This document shows positions 30,289 through 40,670 of a stretch of DNA of 64,000 bases, one piece after another (positions within the stretch are counted from its first letter, which is position 1; each line of letters starts with the position of its first letter). The position numbers were made by a program, and so were the translations under genes. The DNA is from an uncultured delta proteobacterium. GTDB taxonomy: Bacteria > Myxococcota_A > Polyangia > Fen-1088. Under the pieces are notes generated by a model. The model worked only from the letters and a program-made list of their open reading frames with translations, ran no database searches and was not told the origin of the DNA. The stretch is from positions 1,632,001-1,696,000 of the forward strand of contig CAVYGB010000002.1 in assembly GCA_963767925.1 (NCBI GenBank). The letters are read 5' to 3'.

Positions 30289-33200
30289 GTGGCGCGCTCT
30301 TCGATGGTGGGACGAAGGTGCTTTCTGGGTGTCGGCTGGTTGCCCTGGGTGCTGCTGGCGTTCGCGCCGGCCCCGGCCGCCGCCGAGCCGCTGCGGGCCG
30401 AGCAGGTCCCGCCCGAGCTCAAGCCCTGGATCCCCTGGGTGCTGCGCGGGCACGAGCGCGCGCTCTGCCCGCGGTTCCCCGGCGACGACAGCCCCCGCTG
30501 CGTCTGGGCCGGCGCGCTCGACCTGGCGCTCGAGGCGGGCGGGGGGCGCTTCCAGCAGACCTGGGAGGTGTACGCCGAGACGTCCGTCCCCCTGCCCGGC
30601 GGCCGCGACCGCTGGCCGCTCGCCGTCCTCGTGGCGGGCCGCCCCGCCACCGTGCTGGAGGAGGGGGGCCAGCCCCGCGTGCGCCTGCCTCCCGGGCGCC
30701 ACAGCGTGAGCGGATCCTTCGGGTGGAAGCGGCTGCCCGAGTCGCTGCCGGTTCCGGCCGAGACCGGCCTGGTGGCGCTCCGCCTCGGCGGCCAGCCGGT
30801 GGCCTTCCCGCGCCGGCAGGACGGCGAGCTGTTCCTCGAGGCGACGACCCGGCCCGAGGCGGCGGCCGATCGCCTCGACCTCACGGTCCACCGCAAGGTG
30901 ACCGACGGCGTGCCGCTGATCCTCGCCACCCGGCTGCAGCTCGCGGTGGCGGGCAAGATGCGCGAGGTGCTGCTGGGGCAGGCCTTGCCGCCCGGCTTCG
31001 TCCCGCACGCCCTGCACAGCCCCCTGCCAGCCCGGCTCGAGTCAGGGGGGCGCCTGCGCCTGCAGCTCCGCCCGGGGTCGTTCACGGTGACGCTCGAGGC
31101 GCGCCAGGAGTCGCCCGCCCGCGCCCTCACCCGGCCGGCGCCCGAAGGGACCTGGACCGAGGGGGACGAGGTCTGGGTCTGGCAGGCGCAGCCGGCGCTG
31201 CGGGTCGTGACGGTGGCGGGCGCGCCCGCGGTCGACCCCCGCCAGACCACCTTGCCGCGCGAGTGGCGGTCCCTGCCGGCCTACCTCATGAAGCCCGGCG
31301 CCACCCTCGCGCTGCAGGAGCGCCGGCGCGGCGACGCCGACCCGGCGCCCGATCAGCTCACGCTCGACCGGCAGCTCTGGCTCGACTTCGACGGCGGCGG
31401 CTACACCGCGCGCGACGCCATCCGCGGGCGGCTGGGGCGCGGCTGGCGGCTGGAGATGGGGCCGGAGAGCCAGCTCGGCCGGGTGGCGGTGGCCGGCACC
31501 GACCAGTTCATCACCCGCCTGGCCGACGGCGGCAAGAGCGGGGTGGAGATCCGCCAGCGCCAGGTGAATCTGGAGGCCGAGAGCCGCCTGGAGGGCGCGC
31601 GCCAGCGCCTGCCCGCGGTGGGCTGGGCCCACGACTTCCAGGCGGCGGCGGCCACCTTGAACCTGCCGCCCGGCTGGCGCCTCATCCACGCCGCGGGCGC
31701 CGACCGGGTCGACCGGAGCTGGATCAAGCGCTGGACGTTGCTCGACCTGTTCCTGGTGCTCGTCGTCGCCATCTCGGTGGCCCGCCTGTTCGGGCGAGGG
31801 CCGGGCTTCCTGGCGCTGCTGATGATGCTGCTCATCGCCCAGGAGCGGGACGCCCCTGCCTGGATCTGGCTGGCGGTGGTGCTGGGCGAGGCGCTGGTGC
31901 GGGCGTTGCCGGCGGGGCAGCTCCGCAAGCTGGCGAAGCTGTACCGGCTGGGCGCGGCGATCGTGCTCATCCTGGTGGCCATCCCCTTCGCGGTCGGGCA
32001 GATCCGGGGCGCGCTCTACCCGGGGCTGGCCGGGGGCGGCGGCGGGTTCCTCTCGGACCTGGCCCCCGCGCCGATGGAGGACGGCGCCCTTGTCGAGCCG
32101 CAGGCGGAGGGCGCGCTGTCGGACGGCGCGGACCGGGCGGAGATGGCCGAGGCGGTGGAGCGGAGCGCGCTCGAGCTGCGCGCGCTGTCGGGCAGCCTGC
32201 GCGAGGAGGCCGGGGCGGAGGCCGGCGCCATGGAACAGAAGCTGGCCCGGGCGCCCTCCCGGGTCGGCAACAGCGGCATCGGTGGGCTGCGCGGGGCCGG
32301 TCGGGCCGCGCCCGGCGCGCCACCCGTGGCGGCGGCGGCGCCGACGAGCACCCGCAGCCTGGGGGCCTACGATCCCGACGCCCAGGTGCAGACCGGCCCG
32401 GGCGTGCCCCGCTGGCGCTGGACCCAGGTCCGCCTCACCTGGAACGGGCCGGTCGAGCAGAGCGCCCAGCTCACCCTCTGGCTCGAGCCGCCCTGGGTGG
32501 CCGGCCTGCTCGCCTTCGCCGCCGTCGGGCTGGTGGGCCTGCTGGCGCTGCTGCTCTTCCGGAGCGCGCTGGCCAACCTCGGGGCCAGCTTCGGCCGCTG
32601 GCTGCCCGGCGTGCCGGTGCTGCTGCTGGCGGCGCTGCTGCCGGCCGGGGCCAGGGCGGCGGAGTTTCCCCCCAAGGAGCTGCTCGATCAGCTCCGCGAC
32701 GGCCTGCTCGAGCCGCCGGCCTGCCAGCCCACTTGCGCCTCGGTCGGTCGGCTGGCCCTGGAGGTCAGCCCGCAGCAGCTCCGCCTGCGCCTGGAGGCGA
32801 GCGCCGCCGTGGCCGCGCCCCTGGCCTTGCCCGGCCTGGCCGAGCACTGGTTGCCGGCGGTGGTCCTCCTCGACGGCAAGCCCAGCACCGCGCTGCTGCG
32901 CCAGGGGGGCCGACTGTGGCTGCGCCTGCCGCCCGGCAGCCACCAGGTGGTGCTGCAGGGGCCGCTCGACGGCCGCCAGAGCGTGCAGATCCCGCTGGGC
33001 CCCGCCCGCCCCCACGCCGTCGCCGCCACCCTCGACGGCTGGCTGCTGGCGGGCGTCTCCGAGGACGGGGCGGTCGGCGAGTCGCTCGAGCTGACCCGGG
33101 CCGAGTCGGCCAGCGCGCGCGCCGCCGGGGCGCCCGAGTCCTTCCAGGCCCAGAGCCTGCCCCCCTTCGTCACCGTCGAGCGGACCCTGCAGCTCGGCCT

Positions 33201-34536
33201 CGACTGGGAGGTGGAGACGCGGGTCGTGCGCGCCACGCCGCCCGGCGCGGCGGTGGTCATCGAGGTGCCGCTGCTGCCCGGCGAGTCGGTGGTCAGCGAG
33301 GGCGTGCGCGTGCGGGAGGGGCGGGTCCAGGTGAACATGGGCCCCGAGGAGGGGGAGACGACCTGGCGGTCGATCCTCGCCCAGAAGTCCCCCATCGCCC
33401 TGGCCGCGCCGGCCACCGCCGCCTGGGCCGAGTCGTGGCGCCTGGACCTGGGCCCGATCTGGCACGCCGAGGTCAGCGGCATCCCGCCGGTGCACGCGGG
33501 CGACGCCGCGGGCGAGCGGCGGCGCATGTGGCGCCCCTGGCCCGGCGAGACCGTCGCCATCGTCGTCACCCGCCCGCCCGGCCTGGCCGGGCGCACCTTC
33601 ACCATCGACCGCAGCGAGCTGCAGCTCCGCCCGGGCGGCCGCTCGACCGAGGGGACCCTCACCCTCGAGCTGCGCTCGAGCCGCGGCGGCGAGCACGCCT
33701 TGACCTTGCCCGAGGGGGCCAGCCTGGAGTCGCTGCAGGTCGACGGGCGCGAGCAACCGCTGCGCCTCGACGGCCGCCGCGTGACCCTCCCGCTGGCGCC
33801 CGGCGCCCGGACCTTCCGCCTCGGCTTCCGCAGCCCGGCCGCCCTGGGCTTCTTCTACCGGACCCCCACCGTCGATCTCGGCGTCCCGTCGGTCAATGCC
33901 GACCTGCGGGTGTCCCTGGCCGCCGACCGCTGGGTGCTGCTGCTGGGGGGCCCCCGGCTGGGCCCGGCCGTGCTGGTCTGGAGCGTGCTCATCGTGATCG
34001 TCGCCGCCGGCCTGCTGCTGGGGCGCACCACGCTGACCCCGCTGCGCGCGCGCCACTTCATCCTGCTCGGCCTCGGCTTCGTGCCCCTGTCGGTGACCGC
34101 GGCGGCGCTGGTTGTCGGCTACCTGCTCGCCCTCGGTTGGCGCCGCGACCGGCTGCGCATCCGCCAGGCCTGGCTGCACGACCTGACGCTGATCGTGCTC
34201 GCCCTGTGGACGCTGGTGGCGATGGGCGTGCTGTTCGTGGCCGTCCAGCGGGGCCTCCTCGCCAGCCCCGACATGGCCATCACCGGCAACGGCTCATACG
34301 CCACCGAGCTGCGCTGGTACAGCGACCGGGTCCCCGGCGCGCTGCCGGTCGGTTGGGTGCTGTCGCTGCCGCTCATGGTCTACCACCTGGCCATGCTGGC
34401 CTGGGCCCTCTGGCTGGCGGCGGCCCTCATCCGCTGGTCGCGCTGGGTCTGGTCCTGCTTCGCCGAGGGGGGGCTCTGGCGCCCGCTGCGCCGGCCCCCG
34501 CCTCCCGCCGCCCCGGGACCCGCCTCGCCGCCGTGA
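30289..34536 (+). CDS. Large (1415 aa) polytopic membrane protein of unknown function, internally duplicated
   Basis: Signal peptide, then two large beta-rich extracytoplasmic regions each followed by a TM bundle. This is the high-GC3 frame. Confidence 0.85.
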   Translation: MARSSMVGRRCFLGVGWLPWVLLAFAPAPAAAEPLRAEQVPPELKPWIPWVLRGHERALCPRFPGDDSPRCVWAGALDLALEAGGGRFQQTWEVYAETSVPLPGGRDRWPLAVLVAGRPATVLEEGGQPRVRLPPGRHSVSGSFGWKRLPESLPVPAETGLVALRLGGQPVAFPRRQDGELFLEATTRPEAAADRLDLTVHRKVTDGVPLILATRLQLAVAGKMREVLLGQALPPGFVPHALHSPLPARLESGGRLRLQLRPGSFTVTLEARQESPARALTRPAPEGTWTEGDEVWVWQAQPALRVVTVAGAPAVDPRQTTLPREWRSLPAYLMKPGATLALQERRRGDADPAPDQLTLDRQLWLDFDGGGYTARDAIRGRLGRGWRLEMGPESQLGRVAVAGTDQFITRLADGGKSGVEIRQRQVNLEAESRLEGARQRLPAVGWAHDFQAAAATLNLPPGWRLIHAAGADRVDRSWIKRWTLLDLFLVLVVAISVARLFGRGPGFLALLMMLLIAQERDAPAWIWLAVVLGEALVRALPAGQLRKLAKLYRLGAAIVLILVAIPFAVGQIRGALYPGLAGGGGGFLSDLAPAPMEDGALVEPQAEGALSDGADRAEMAEAVERSALELRALSGSLREEAGAEAGAMEQKLARAPSRVGNSGIGGLRGAGRAAPGAPPVAAAAPTSTRSLGAYDPDAQVQTGPGVPRWRWTQVRLTWNGPVEQSAQLTLWLEPPWVAGLLAFAAVGLVGLLALLLFRSALANLGASFGRWLPGVPVLLLAALLPAGARAAEFPPKELLDQLRDGLLEPPACQPTCASVGRLALEVSPQQLRLRLEASAAVAAPLALPGLAEHWLPAVVLLDGKPSTALLRQGGRLWLRLPPGSHQVVLQGPLDGRQSVQIPLGPARPHAVAATLDGWLLAGVSEDGAVGESLELTRAESASARAAGAPESFQAQSLPPFVTVERTLQLGLDWEVETRVVRATPPGAAVVIEVPLLPGESVVSEGVRVREGRVQVNMGPEEGETTWRSILAQKSPIALAAPATAAWAESWRLDLGPIWHAEVSGIPPVHAGDAAGERRRMWRPWPGETVAIVVTRPPGLAGRTFTIDRSELQLRPGGRSTEGTLTLELRSSRGGEHALTLPEGASLESLQVDGREQPLRLDGRRVTLPLAPGARTFRLGFRSPAALGFFYRTPTVDLGVPSVNADLRVSLAADRWVLLLGGPRLGPAVLVWSVLIVIVAAGLLLGRTTLTPLRARHFILLGLGFVPLSVTAAALVVGYLLALGWRRDRLRIRQAWLHDLTLIVLALWTLVAMGVLFVAVQRGLLASPDMAITGNGSYATELRWYSDRVPGALPVGWVLSLPLMVYHLAMLAWALWLAAALIRWSRWVWSCFAEGGLWRPLRRPPPPAAPGPASPP

Positions 34537-34551
34537 CCCGCCGGGGAGCGG

Positions 34552-35034
34552 TCACTTCATCGTGATGGTCAGCCGCGCGCCGTCGAACGTGGTGGGCAAC
34601 ACCCGCAACGAGGTCACCGCCGGACCATTGAGCACGGTGCCATCGAGCTCGAACGAGGAGCCATGGCAGGGACAGTCGAGCGTCGCATTGAGCGCATTGA
34701 ACCGGAGCACACAGGCCATGTGGGTGCACATGCCCACCATGGCCACGAAGTTCGATCGCGCATCCCGGGTGATGGCCACCGGCTCCGCCACCCCCGGCAC
34801 CCGCCCCACCAGCCCTCCCCACTCCCCGAGGAGCTGCGGGAAGTCGGCTACCGCCAGCAGCAACATCCGGTCCTGCTCCAGCGAGGGGAGCTGGACGAGG
34901 GGTCCTGCCGGGTCGCCCAGGTTCGCCGGGGTGCAGGCCGCCAGCGCCGCGCCGGCGCACACCGACCCGGACGAGACGCAGAGCAGCCGGAGCGCACTCC
35001 GTCGCGAGCGCCCCGTTCCCCCAACTCCCGACAT
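34552..35034 (-). CDS. Rieske [2Fe-2S] protein, probable Tat lipoprotein
   Basis: CTHMAC and CPCHGS motifs, SRRSAL twin-Arg-like signal, LAAC lipobox, GAGGAGG RBS. Confidence 0.9.
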   Translation of the reverse strand: MSGVGGTGRSRRSALRLLCVSSGSVCAGAALAACTPANLGDPAGPLVQLPSLEQDRMLLLAVADFPQLLGEWGGLVGRVPGVAEPVAITRDARSNFVAMVGMCTHMACVLRFNALNATLDCPCHGSSFELDGTVLNGPAVTSLRVLPTTFDGARLTITMK

Positions 35035-35259
35035 GCAAACCTCCTCGCCCGGCTCTCTTTCATCGGAAGACAAGGCCAACGCTTAAGCGTTTCCCTCGAC
35101 CCCCCCCGACAGCGCTGCCCCCTGGTTCAGCGCTTGGGGTTCAGAGAGTCAGCACGTCTTGCTGAGCAGTCGACGGCGCGCCTGCAGGGAACTGGCCTGG
35201 GTCAGGCCTGCTCGCCCATCGCCTCGGGGACGGGGACGCATACGGGGACGGGGACGGCG

Positions 35260-36399
35260 CTAGCCGGGGACTTCTTCGATCATCACGACGTGGTCGGGGC
35301 CTACTACCTCTTCGTCGGAGGAGTAGGGGGTGCCGTCGGGAGAGACGGGGACGGGTTGGGTCTTGCTGCGGTTGTGAGAGGTCGCGTCGGCGCGGCGGGT
35401 GGGGGTGGGGGCGGGGGTGACGACGGCGGCGAGAGCGGCGGCGGCGGCGTTCTTGCCGGTCTTGGGGACGGTGCCGGTCCGGGCGGGCGGGGGCAGGGTG
35501 CTGGCGGGGGTAGGGGTGGTGGCGCGCATGACGTTGGCGAGGTCGGGGCGGGTCTGCTCCTCGCGGGTGGTGGGGGCGCCGAGGCCGAGGACTTCGGCGG
35601 CGCGGACCAGCACCTTGCGCAGGGTGGGCAGGGCGATGTTCTCGGCGAGGTCGTCGGTGAGGTCGCGGGTGCTGTCGGCGGGGCGGGCGGCGAACAGGTC
35701 GCTGTCCTTGAAGGGTTTGCCTTCGCGGGCGGCCTTGCGGGCGGCGGCGCGCAGGGCGGTGCGCACGGCGATCGGCAGGTCGCGCTCGAGGGTCTCGTCG
35801 CCGATGATGTCGAGCAGCTCGCTGTCGGTCAGGATGGCGTGGCGGCGCAGGCTCTTCAGCTCGGCGGCCATGAGGGTGCGGCCCGGGGCGGTGGCGTCGC
35901 GCGTCCACCAGGCGTCGTACGATTCGTACTCCCAGATGGTGGCGACGGGCAGGTAGACGGCGAGGTCGGTGGGGTCGAGGTACTTCAGGTACAGGTCGAG
36001 CACCGGGAGGCTGCGATCCTCCTCGGCGCGCAGGGCGCGTTCGGAGGCGGGCAGGTCCTCGGCGACGAGCAGCTCGATCTGGGCGGCCAGGTCGGCGGGG
36101 GTCAAGCGGCGCAGCAGGGTGGGGGCGCCGCCGGTGATGGCCCGGCCCACGCGGGCGCGCAGCTCCGCCCGCTCGGCGTAGGCCTGTAGCACCTGGCGGG
36201 GCGGGAAGGCGGTGTAGAAGTTGCGCGGCGCTCGCAGCGGCTGCGGGCCGGCGTGCAGCGCGGCCAGAACGTCCGCCAGGAAGCGCAGGCCCGGCTGGGC
36301 GGCGACGTAGGTGCGCATCTCCTTCACGAGATCCGCCTCGGAGCGCGCCTCGGCCGAGTGCTTGAGCGCGCCCGGGACCCGCAGACCGTTCTTGTCCAT
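35260..36399 (-). CDS. Hypothetical helical protein with Pro/Thr/Ala-rich tail
   Basis: 379-aa ORF with strong GC3 bias. No recognisable catalytic motif. Confidence 0.8.
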   Translation of the reverse strand: MDKNGLRVPGALKHSAEARSEADLVKEMRTYVAAQPGLRFLADVLAALHAGPQPLRAPRNFYTAFPPRQVLQAYAERAELRARVGRAITGGAPTLLRRLTPADLAAQIELLVAEDLPASERALRAEEDRSLPVLDLYLKYLDPTDLAVYLPVATIWEYESYDAWWTRDATAPGRTLMAAELKSLRRHAILTDSELLDIIGDETLERDLPIAVRTALRAAARKAAREGKPFKDSDLFAARPADSTRDLTDDLAENIALPTLRKVLVRAAEVLGLGAPTTREEQTRPDLANVMRATTPTPASTLPPPARTGTVPKTGKNAAAAALAAVVTPAPTPTRRADATSHNRSKTQPVPVSPDGTPYSSDEEVVGPDHVVMIEEVPG

Positions 36400-36572
36400 T
36401 TTCGAAGCAACATCGTCCGCGGCCGGGGTGACTTGAGACCACCTGCGGAGGTGAGCGCCGCCCCTGCGTTTGTGGTCCCGCCGCCCGTCGCTGCTGCTGC
36501 GAGTCGCGCGGGCGAACCCGCTTTACGGCGCGCGCCTCCTTCCCCTAATGTCGCTCCTGCCCGGAGGGGGAC

Positions 36573-37403
36573 ATGCTGCTTTACCGGACGTCACAGGGGG
36601 CCGTCGTCGCGCAGGACGGCGCCCAGCATCGGGTGCCGCAGGGCTGGGACGACCTGCTCAACCACGAGGACCTGGCGGGTCACCTGCGCTCGGTGATCGC
36701 CTCGACCCCGCCGCTGGCCCGCGCCGCCGCGCCCGCGCTCGCGCCGCTGGCCCCCATCGGATCGCAGGAGGTCTGGGCGGCCGGCGTGACCTACTGGCGC
36801 AGCCGCGACGCCCGCATGGACGAGTCGCGGCCCGCCGGGGGCGGCAGCTTCTACGACCGGGTCTACGAGGCGGAGCGGCCCGAGCTGTTCCTCAAGGCCA
36901 CGCCCCACCGGGTGGTGGGCCCCGGCGGCCGCCTGCGCCTGCGCCGCGACGCCCGCTGGATCGTCCCCGAGCCCGAGCTGGTGCTGGCGGTCAACCGCCG
37001 CGCCGAGATCGTCGGGTACACCATCGGCAACGACCTCTCCTGCCGCTGCATCGAGGGCGAAAACCCCCTCTACCTGCCGCAGGCCAAGACCTTCGACGCC
37101 TGCGCCGCCCTCGGCCCCGGCCTGCTCATCACCTCGTCCCCCCTGCCCCCCGAGACCGAGATCCGCCTGCAGATCGCCCGCGCGGGGGCCGAGGTCTTCG
37201 CCGGCGCCACGACCCTCTCGCAGATGCGGCGCACCCCCGCCGAGCTGGTGGCCTTCCTCTACCGGGAGGCGAGCTTCCCCGCCGGCTGCTTCCTCTTCAC
37301 CGGCACCGGCGTCGTCCCCCCCAACGACTTTACCCTCCGGGCCGACGACACGATCCGCATCGACCTGCCCCCCATCGGCACCCTCGAGAACACCGTCGGC
37401 TGA
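36573..37403 (+). CDS. Fumarylacetoacetate hydrolase family protein (2-keto-3-deoxy-pentonate dehydratase-like)
   Basis: [43 protein letters not shown]. Confidence 0.9.
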   Translation: MLLYRTSQGAVVAQDGAQHRVPQGWDDLLNHEDLAGHLRSVIASTPPLARAAAPALAPLAPIGSQEVWAAGVTYWRSRDARMDESRPAGGGSFYDRVYEAERPELFLKATPHRVVGPGGRLRLRRDARWIVPEPELVLAVNRRAEIVGYTIGNDLSCRCIEGENPLYLPQAKTFDACAALGPGLLITSSPLPPETEIRLQIARAGAEVFAGATTLSQMRRTPAELVAFLYREASFPAGCFLFTGTGVVPPNDFTLRADDTIRIDLPPIGTLENTVG

Positions 37404-37439
37404 TCCGCCGGGCCTCGCGCCCCCGCGCCTCCGCCCCCG

Positions 37440-38441
37440 CTACGCCATCACGGCGCCGGTGGCCTGGCGGACCTTGTCCATGAGGGCCACCGCGCGCGGG
37501 CGGGCCCGGTCGCTGCCCTCGCGGAGGATGCGGTCGACCTCCTGCGGGTTGCTCATCAGGCGCTGGTAGGTCACGCGCGGCTCCTTGAGGAAGGCGTCGA
37601 GCCGCTCGAACAGGAGGTCCTTGAGGGCGCCCCAGGTCATGGCGCCCGAGATCAGCTCGTCGCGCACGCGCGCGGCCTCCTCGGCCGGGGCGAGCTGGCG
37701 GTAGATCTGGTAGAGGGGAGACGCGTCGGCGTCCTTGGGGGCGTTGGCCGGCGCCGAGTCGGTCTTGTAGCGGCGGATCAGCTTGCGCTGCTCGTCGGGG
37801 CCGACCGAAAACAGCGGCACGGTGTTGCCGTAGGACTTGCTCATCTTGCGCCCGTCGATCCCCGGCACGGCCGGGCTATCGCTGAGGTGCAGCCCGGGCA
37901 CCTTCAGCACGTCGCCGTAGATGCGGTTGAAGGTCTGGGCCAGGTCGCGCGCGATCTCCACGTGCTGGGCCTGGTCCCGCCCCACCGGCACGAAGTCCGC
38001 CGACAGCAGCAAGATGTCGGCCGCCATCAGCACGGGATAGTTGAACAGGCCCATGTTGACGTCGTCATCGGGGTCACGCTTCTCTTCCTGGTTGCGCGCC
38101 ACCTGGGCTTTGTAGGCGTGGGCCCGGTTCAGCAGGCCCTTGGGGGCCACGTTGACCAGGGCGGCGAACAGCTCGAACGTCTCGCGCAGGTCCGACTGGC
38201 GGTAGATGGTCACCCGCTCCGGGTCGAGCCCCAGCGACAGCCAGGTGGCCGCCACCTCCAGCGTGTAGCGCCGCATCTTCTCCGGGTCGGTGATGCTGTT
38301 GAGCGCGTGGTAGTTGGCGATGAAGTAGTAGGCGTCGAATTGCCGCGCCAGCTCGAGCGCAGGGCGGATGGCGCCCAGGTAGTTCCCCAGGTGGGGGGTT
38401 CCGGTGGGCTTGATTCCGGTGAGGGCGACCTTGGCAGACAC
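37440..38441 (-). CDS. trpS: Tryptophan--tRNA ligase
   Basis: TGIKPTGTPHLGNY, YPVLMAADIL, VPVGRDQ, KMSKSYGN. Confidence 0.97.
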   Translation of the reverse strand: MSAKVALTGIKPTGTPHLGNYLGAIRPALELARQFDAYYFIANYHALNSITDPEKMRRYTLEVAATWLSLGLDPERVTIYRQSDLRETFELFAALVNVAPKGLLNRAHAYKAQVARNQEEKRDPDDDVNMGLFNYPVLMAADILLLSADFVPVGRDQAQHVEIARDLAQTFNRIYGDVLKVPGLHLSDSPAVPGIDGRKMSKSYGNTVPLFSVGPDEQRKLIRRYKTDSAPANAPKDADASPLYQIYRQLAPAEEAARVRDELISGAMTWGALKDLLFERLDAFLKEPRVTYQRLMSNPQEVDRILREGSDRARPRAVALMDKVRQATGAVMA

Positions 38442-38545
38442 GGCGTTCCTTCCTTTTTACCTGCTCGCTTGGCACCCAAGGAGTACCACGCCAGGACCCG
38501 GTTTTTCGGTGGGCAGCCCGCCCGGAACCGCCTAACCTTGCGCCG

Positions 38546-40591
38546 ATGACGCGGAAGTCGCTCGGAATCGTGCTGTTTTTCGCCTCCTGCGCCGGCCTGG
38601 GCGGCAAGGCCCCCGCGCCCGCTCCGCCCGCCGGCCCACCCCCCGCCTCCGGCCTTGATCGCGCCGGCTTCGACGCGCAGGTCCGTCCCCAGGACGACCT
38701 CTACCGGCACGTCAACGGGCGCTGGCTGGCCGGCACCCCCATCCCCCCGGACAAGTCGAACTACTCGATGTTCGCCAAGCTGGACGACGACGCCCGCGCG
38801 CACATCCGCACCCTGGTCGAGGAGCTCGCCGCCGGGCAACACCCCGCCGGCAGCGCCCGCCAGAAGATCGCCGACTTTTACCGGGCCTTCGTCGACGAGG
38901 CCGCCGCCGACCGCCTCGGGCTGCAGCCGCTGCAGGCCGACCTGACCCGCATCCGCAAGCTCGCCAGCAAGCGCGACGTGGCCCGCGAGATCGGCCGCCA
39001 GCAGCGCCTGCGCCTGCGCCCCCTGCTGGCCGCCGGCGTCGACCAGGACGCCCGCGAGGCCACCGCTTACATCCTCTACCTGCAGCAGGCCGGGCTGGGC
39101 CTGCCCGACCGGGACTATTACCTCACCGACGATCCCAGGATGGAGGCCAACCGCGCCGCCTACCGGACCTACGTCGAGAAGATGTTGACCCTGGCCGGCC
39201 ACAAGAACGCCCGCCCCCTGGCCGACGGGATCTGGGCCCTCGAGCTCGAGCTGGCCCGCGCCCACTGGACCCGGGCCGAGACCCGCGACCGGGAGAAGAC
39301 CTACAACAAGGTGGCGGCCGCCGAGCTGCCCCGCCTGGCCCCTGGCCTCGACTGGGTGGCCCTGTTCGAGGGCCTGGGCACCCCCGCCACCCGCCCGGTC
39401 ATCGTCGAGCAGCCCTCCTTCGTGAAGGCCCTCTCGACCCTGGTCGACAAGACGCCGCTGCCCACCTTCCGGGCCTACCTGGAATGGCGCCTGCTCGACG
39501 GCTACGCCCCCCTGCTGTCGGCCCCCTTCGTGACCGCCCATTTTGCCTTCCACGGCACCACCCTGAGCGGCATCGAGAGCAACGAGGACCGCTGGAAGCG
39601 GGCCCTCGACGCCCTCGACGAGACGCTCGGCGAGGCGGTCGGCAGCCTGTACGTCGAGCGGCACTTTCGCCCGGAGGCCAAGGCCCGCATGCAGGTGCTG
39701 GTCGAGAACCTGCGCCAGGCCTTCGCCGGCGGCATCGACGGCCTGCCCTGGATGTCGGAGACCACCAAGCGCGAGGCCCGGGCCAAGCTCACCAAGTTCG
39801 TCACCAAGATCGGCTACCCCGACCAGTGGCGCGACTACACAAAGCTGACCATCGCCCCCGGGGATCTGCTGGGCAACATCGTGCGGGCCCGTAGCTTCGA
39901 GACCGAGCGCAACCTGGCCAAGCTCGGCCGCCCCGTCGATCGCGGCGAGTGGTTCATGACCCCCCAGACGGTCAACGCCTACTACAACCCCTCGCTCAAC
40001 GAGATCGTGTTCCCCGCCGCCATTTTACAGCCCCCCTTCTTCGACATGGCCGCCGACGACGCGGTCAACTACGGGGCCATCGGGGCGGTCATCGGCCACG
40101 AGCTGAGCCACGGCTTCGACGACCAGGGGCGCAAGTCGGACGGCGATGGCAACCTGCGCGACTGGTGGAGCGAGGCCGACGCCACCCAGTTCAAGGACCG
40201 GGCCTCTCGTCTGGTCTCGCAATACCGGGAGTTCGAGCCGCTGCCCGGCCAGAAGGTCAACGGCGAGCTCACCCTGGGCGAGAACATCGGCGACCTGGGC
40301 GGCCTCACCATCGCCTACCGAGCCTACCAGCTCGCGCTGGCCGGACGGCAGGCCCCCGCGATCGAGGGCACCACCGGCCCACAGCGCTTCTTCATGGGCT
40401 GGGCCCAGGTCTGGCGGCGCAAGTACCGGGAGGCCGAGATGCGCCGCCGCCTCGTCACCGACCCCCACGCCCCCGCCGAATACCGCGTCCTCGGCGTGGT
40501 GGCCAACATGCCCGAATATTACGAGGCCTTCGCGGTCAAGCCGGGCGACAAGGCCTTCCGCCCCGAAGACCAGCGGGTCAAGATCTGGTAG
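38546..40591 (+). CDS. M13 family zinc metallopeptidase (PepO/neprilysin-like), lipoprotein
   Basis: PQDDLYRHVNG, VNAYY, GHELSHGFD, GENIGD. Lipobox FASC. Confidence 0.95.
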   Translation: MTRKSLGIVLFFASCAGLGGKAPAPAPPAGPPPASGLDRAGFDAQVRPQDDLYRHVNGRWLAGTPIPPDKSNYSMFAKLDDDARAHIRTLVEELAAGQHPAGSARQKIADFYRAFVDEAAADRLGLQPLQADLTRIRKLASKRDVAREIGRQQRLRLRPLLAAGVDQDAREATAYILYLQQAGLGLPDRDYYLTDDPRMEANRAAYRTYVEKMLTLAGHKNARPLADGIWALELELARAHWTRAETRDREKTYNKVAAAELPRLAPGLDWVALFEGLGTPATRPVIVEQPSFVKALSTLVDKTPLPTFRAYLEWRLLDGYAPLLSAPFVTAHFAFHGTTLSGIESNEDRWKRALDALDETLGEAVGSLYVERHFRPEAKARMQVLVENLRQAFAGGIDGLPWMSETTKREARAKLTKFVTKIGYPDQWRDYTKLTIAPGDLLGNIVRARSFETERNLAKLGRPVDRGEWFMTPQTVNAYYNPSLNEIVFPAAILQPPFFDMAADDAVNYGAIGAVIGHELSHGFDDQGRKSDGDGNLRDWWSEADATQFKDRASRLVSQYREFEPLPGQKVNGELTLGENIGDLGGLTIAYRAYQLALAGRQAPAIEGTTGPQRFFMGWAQVWRRKYREAEMRRRLVTDPHAPAEYRVLGVVANMPEYYEAFAVKPGDKAFRPEDQRVKIW

Positions 40592-40608
40592 CCGCCCCTA
40601 CCTTCGAC

Positions 40609-40641
40609 AAGAAGACCCGCCGGCTTGAGCGCCGGCGGGTC
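40609..40641. terminator. Hairpin between convergent genes
   Basis: gacccgccggc-ttgagc-gccggcgggtc. Confidence 0.65.
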
Positions 40642-40670
40642 CCGCTCGGCCGTCGGTCCGGCCGGAACGG

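Noticed and set aside
30318..34565. Very long alternative-frame and antisense ORFs (also 31042-34179, 9103-11640, 45254-47356, 43651-45381)
   Set aside because: These are Arg/Gly/Pro-rich shadow ORFs, expected in high-GC DNA where off-frame stops are rare. The true frames carry the recognisable motifs.
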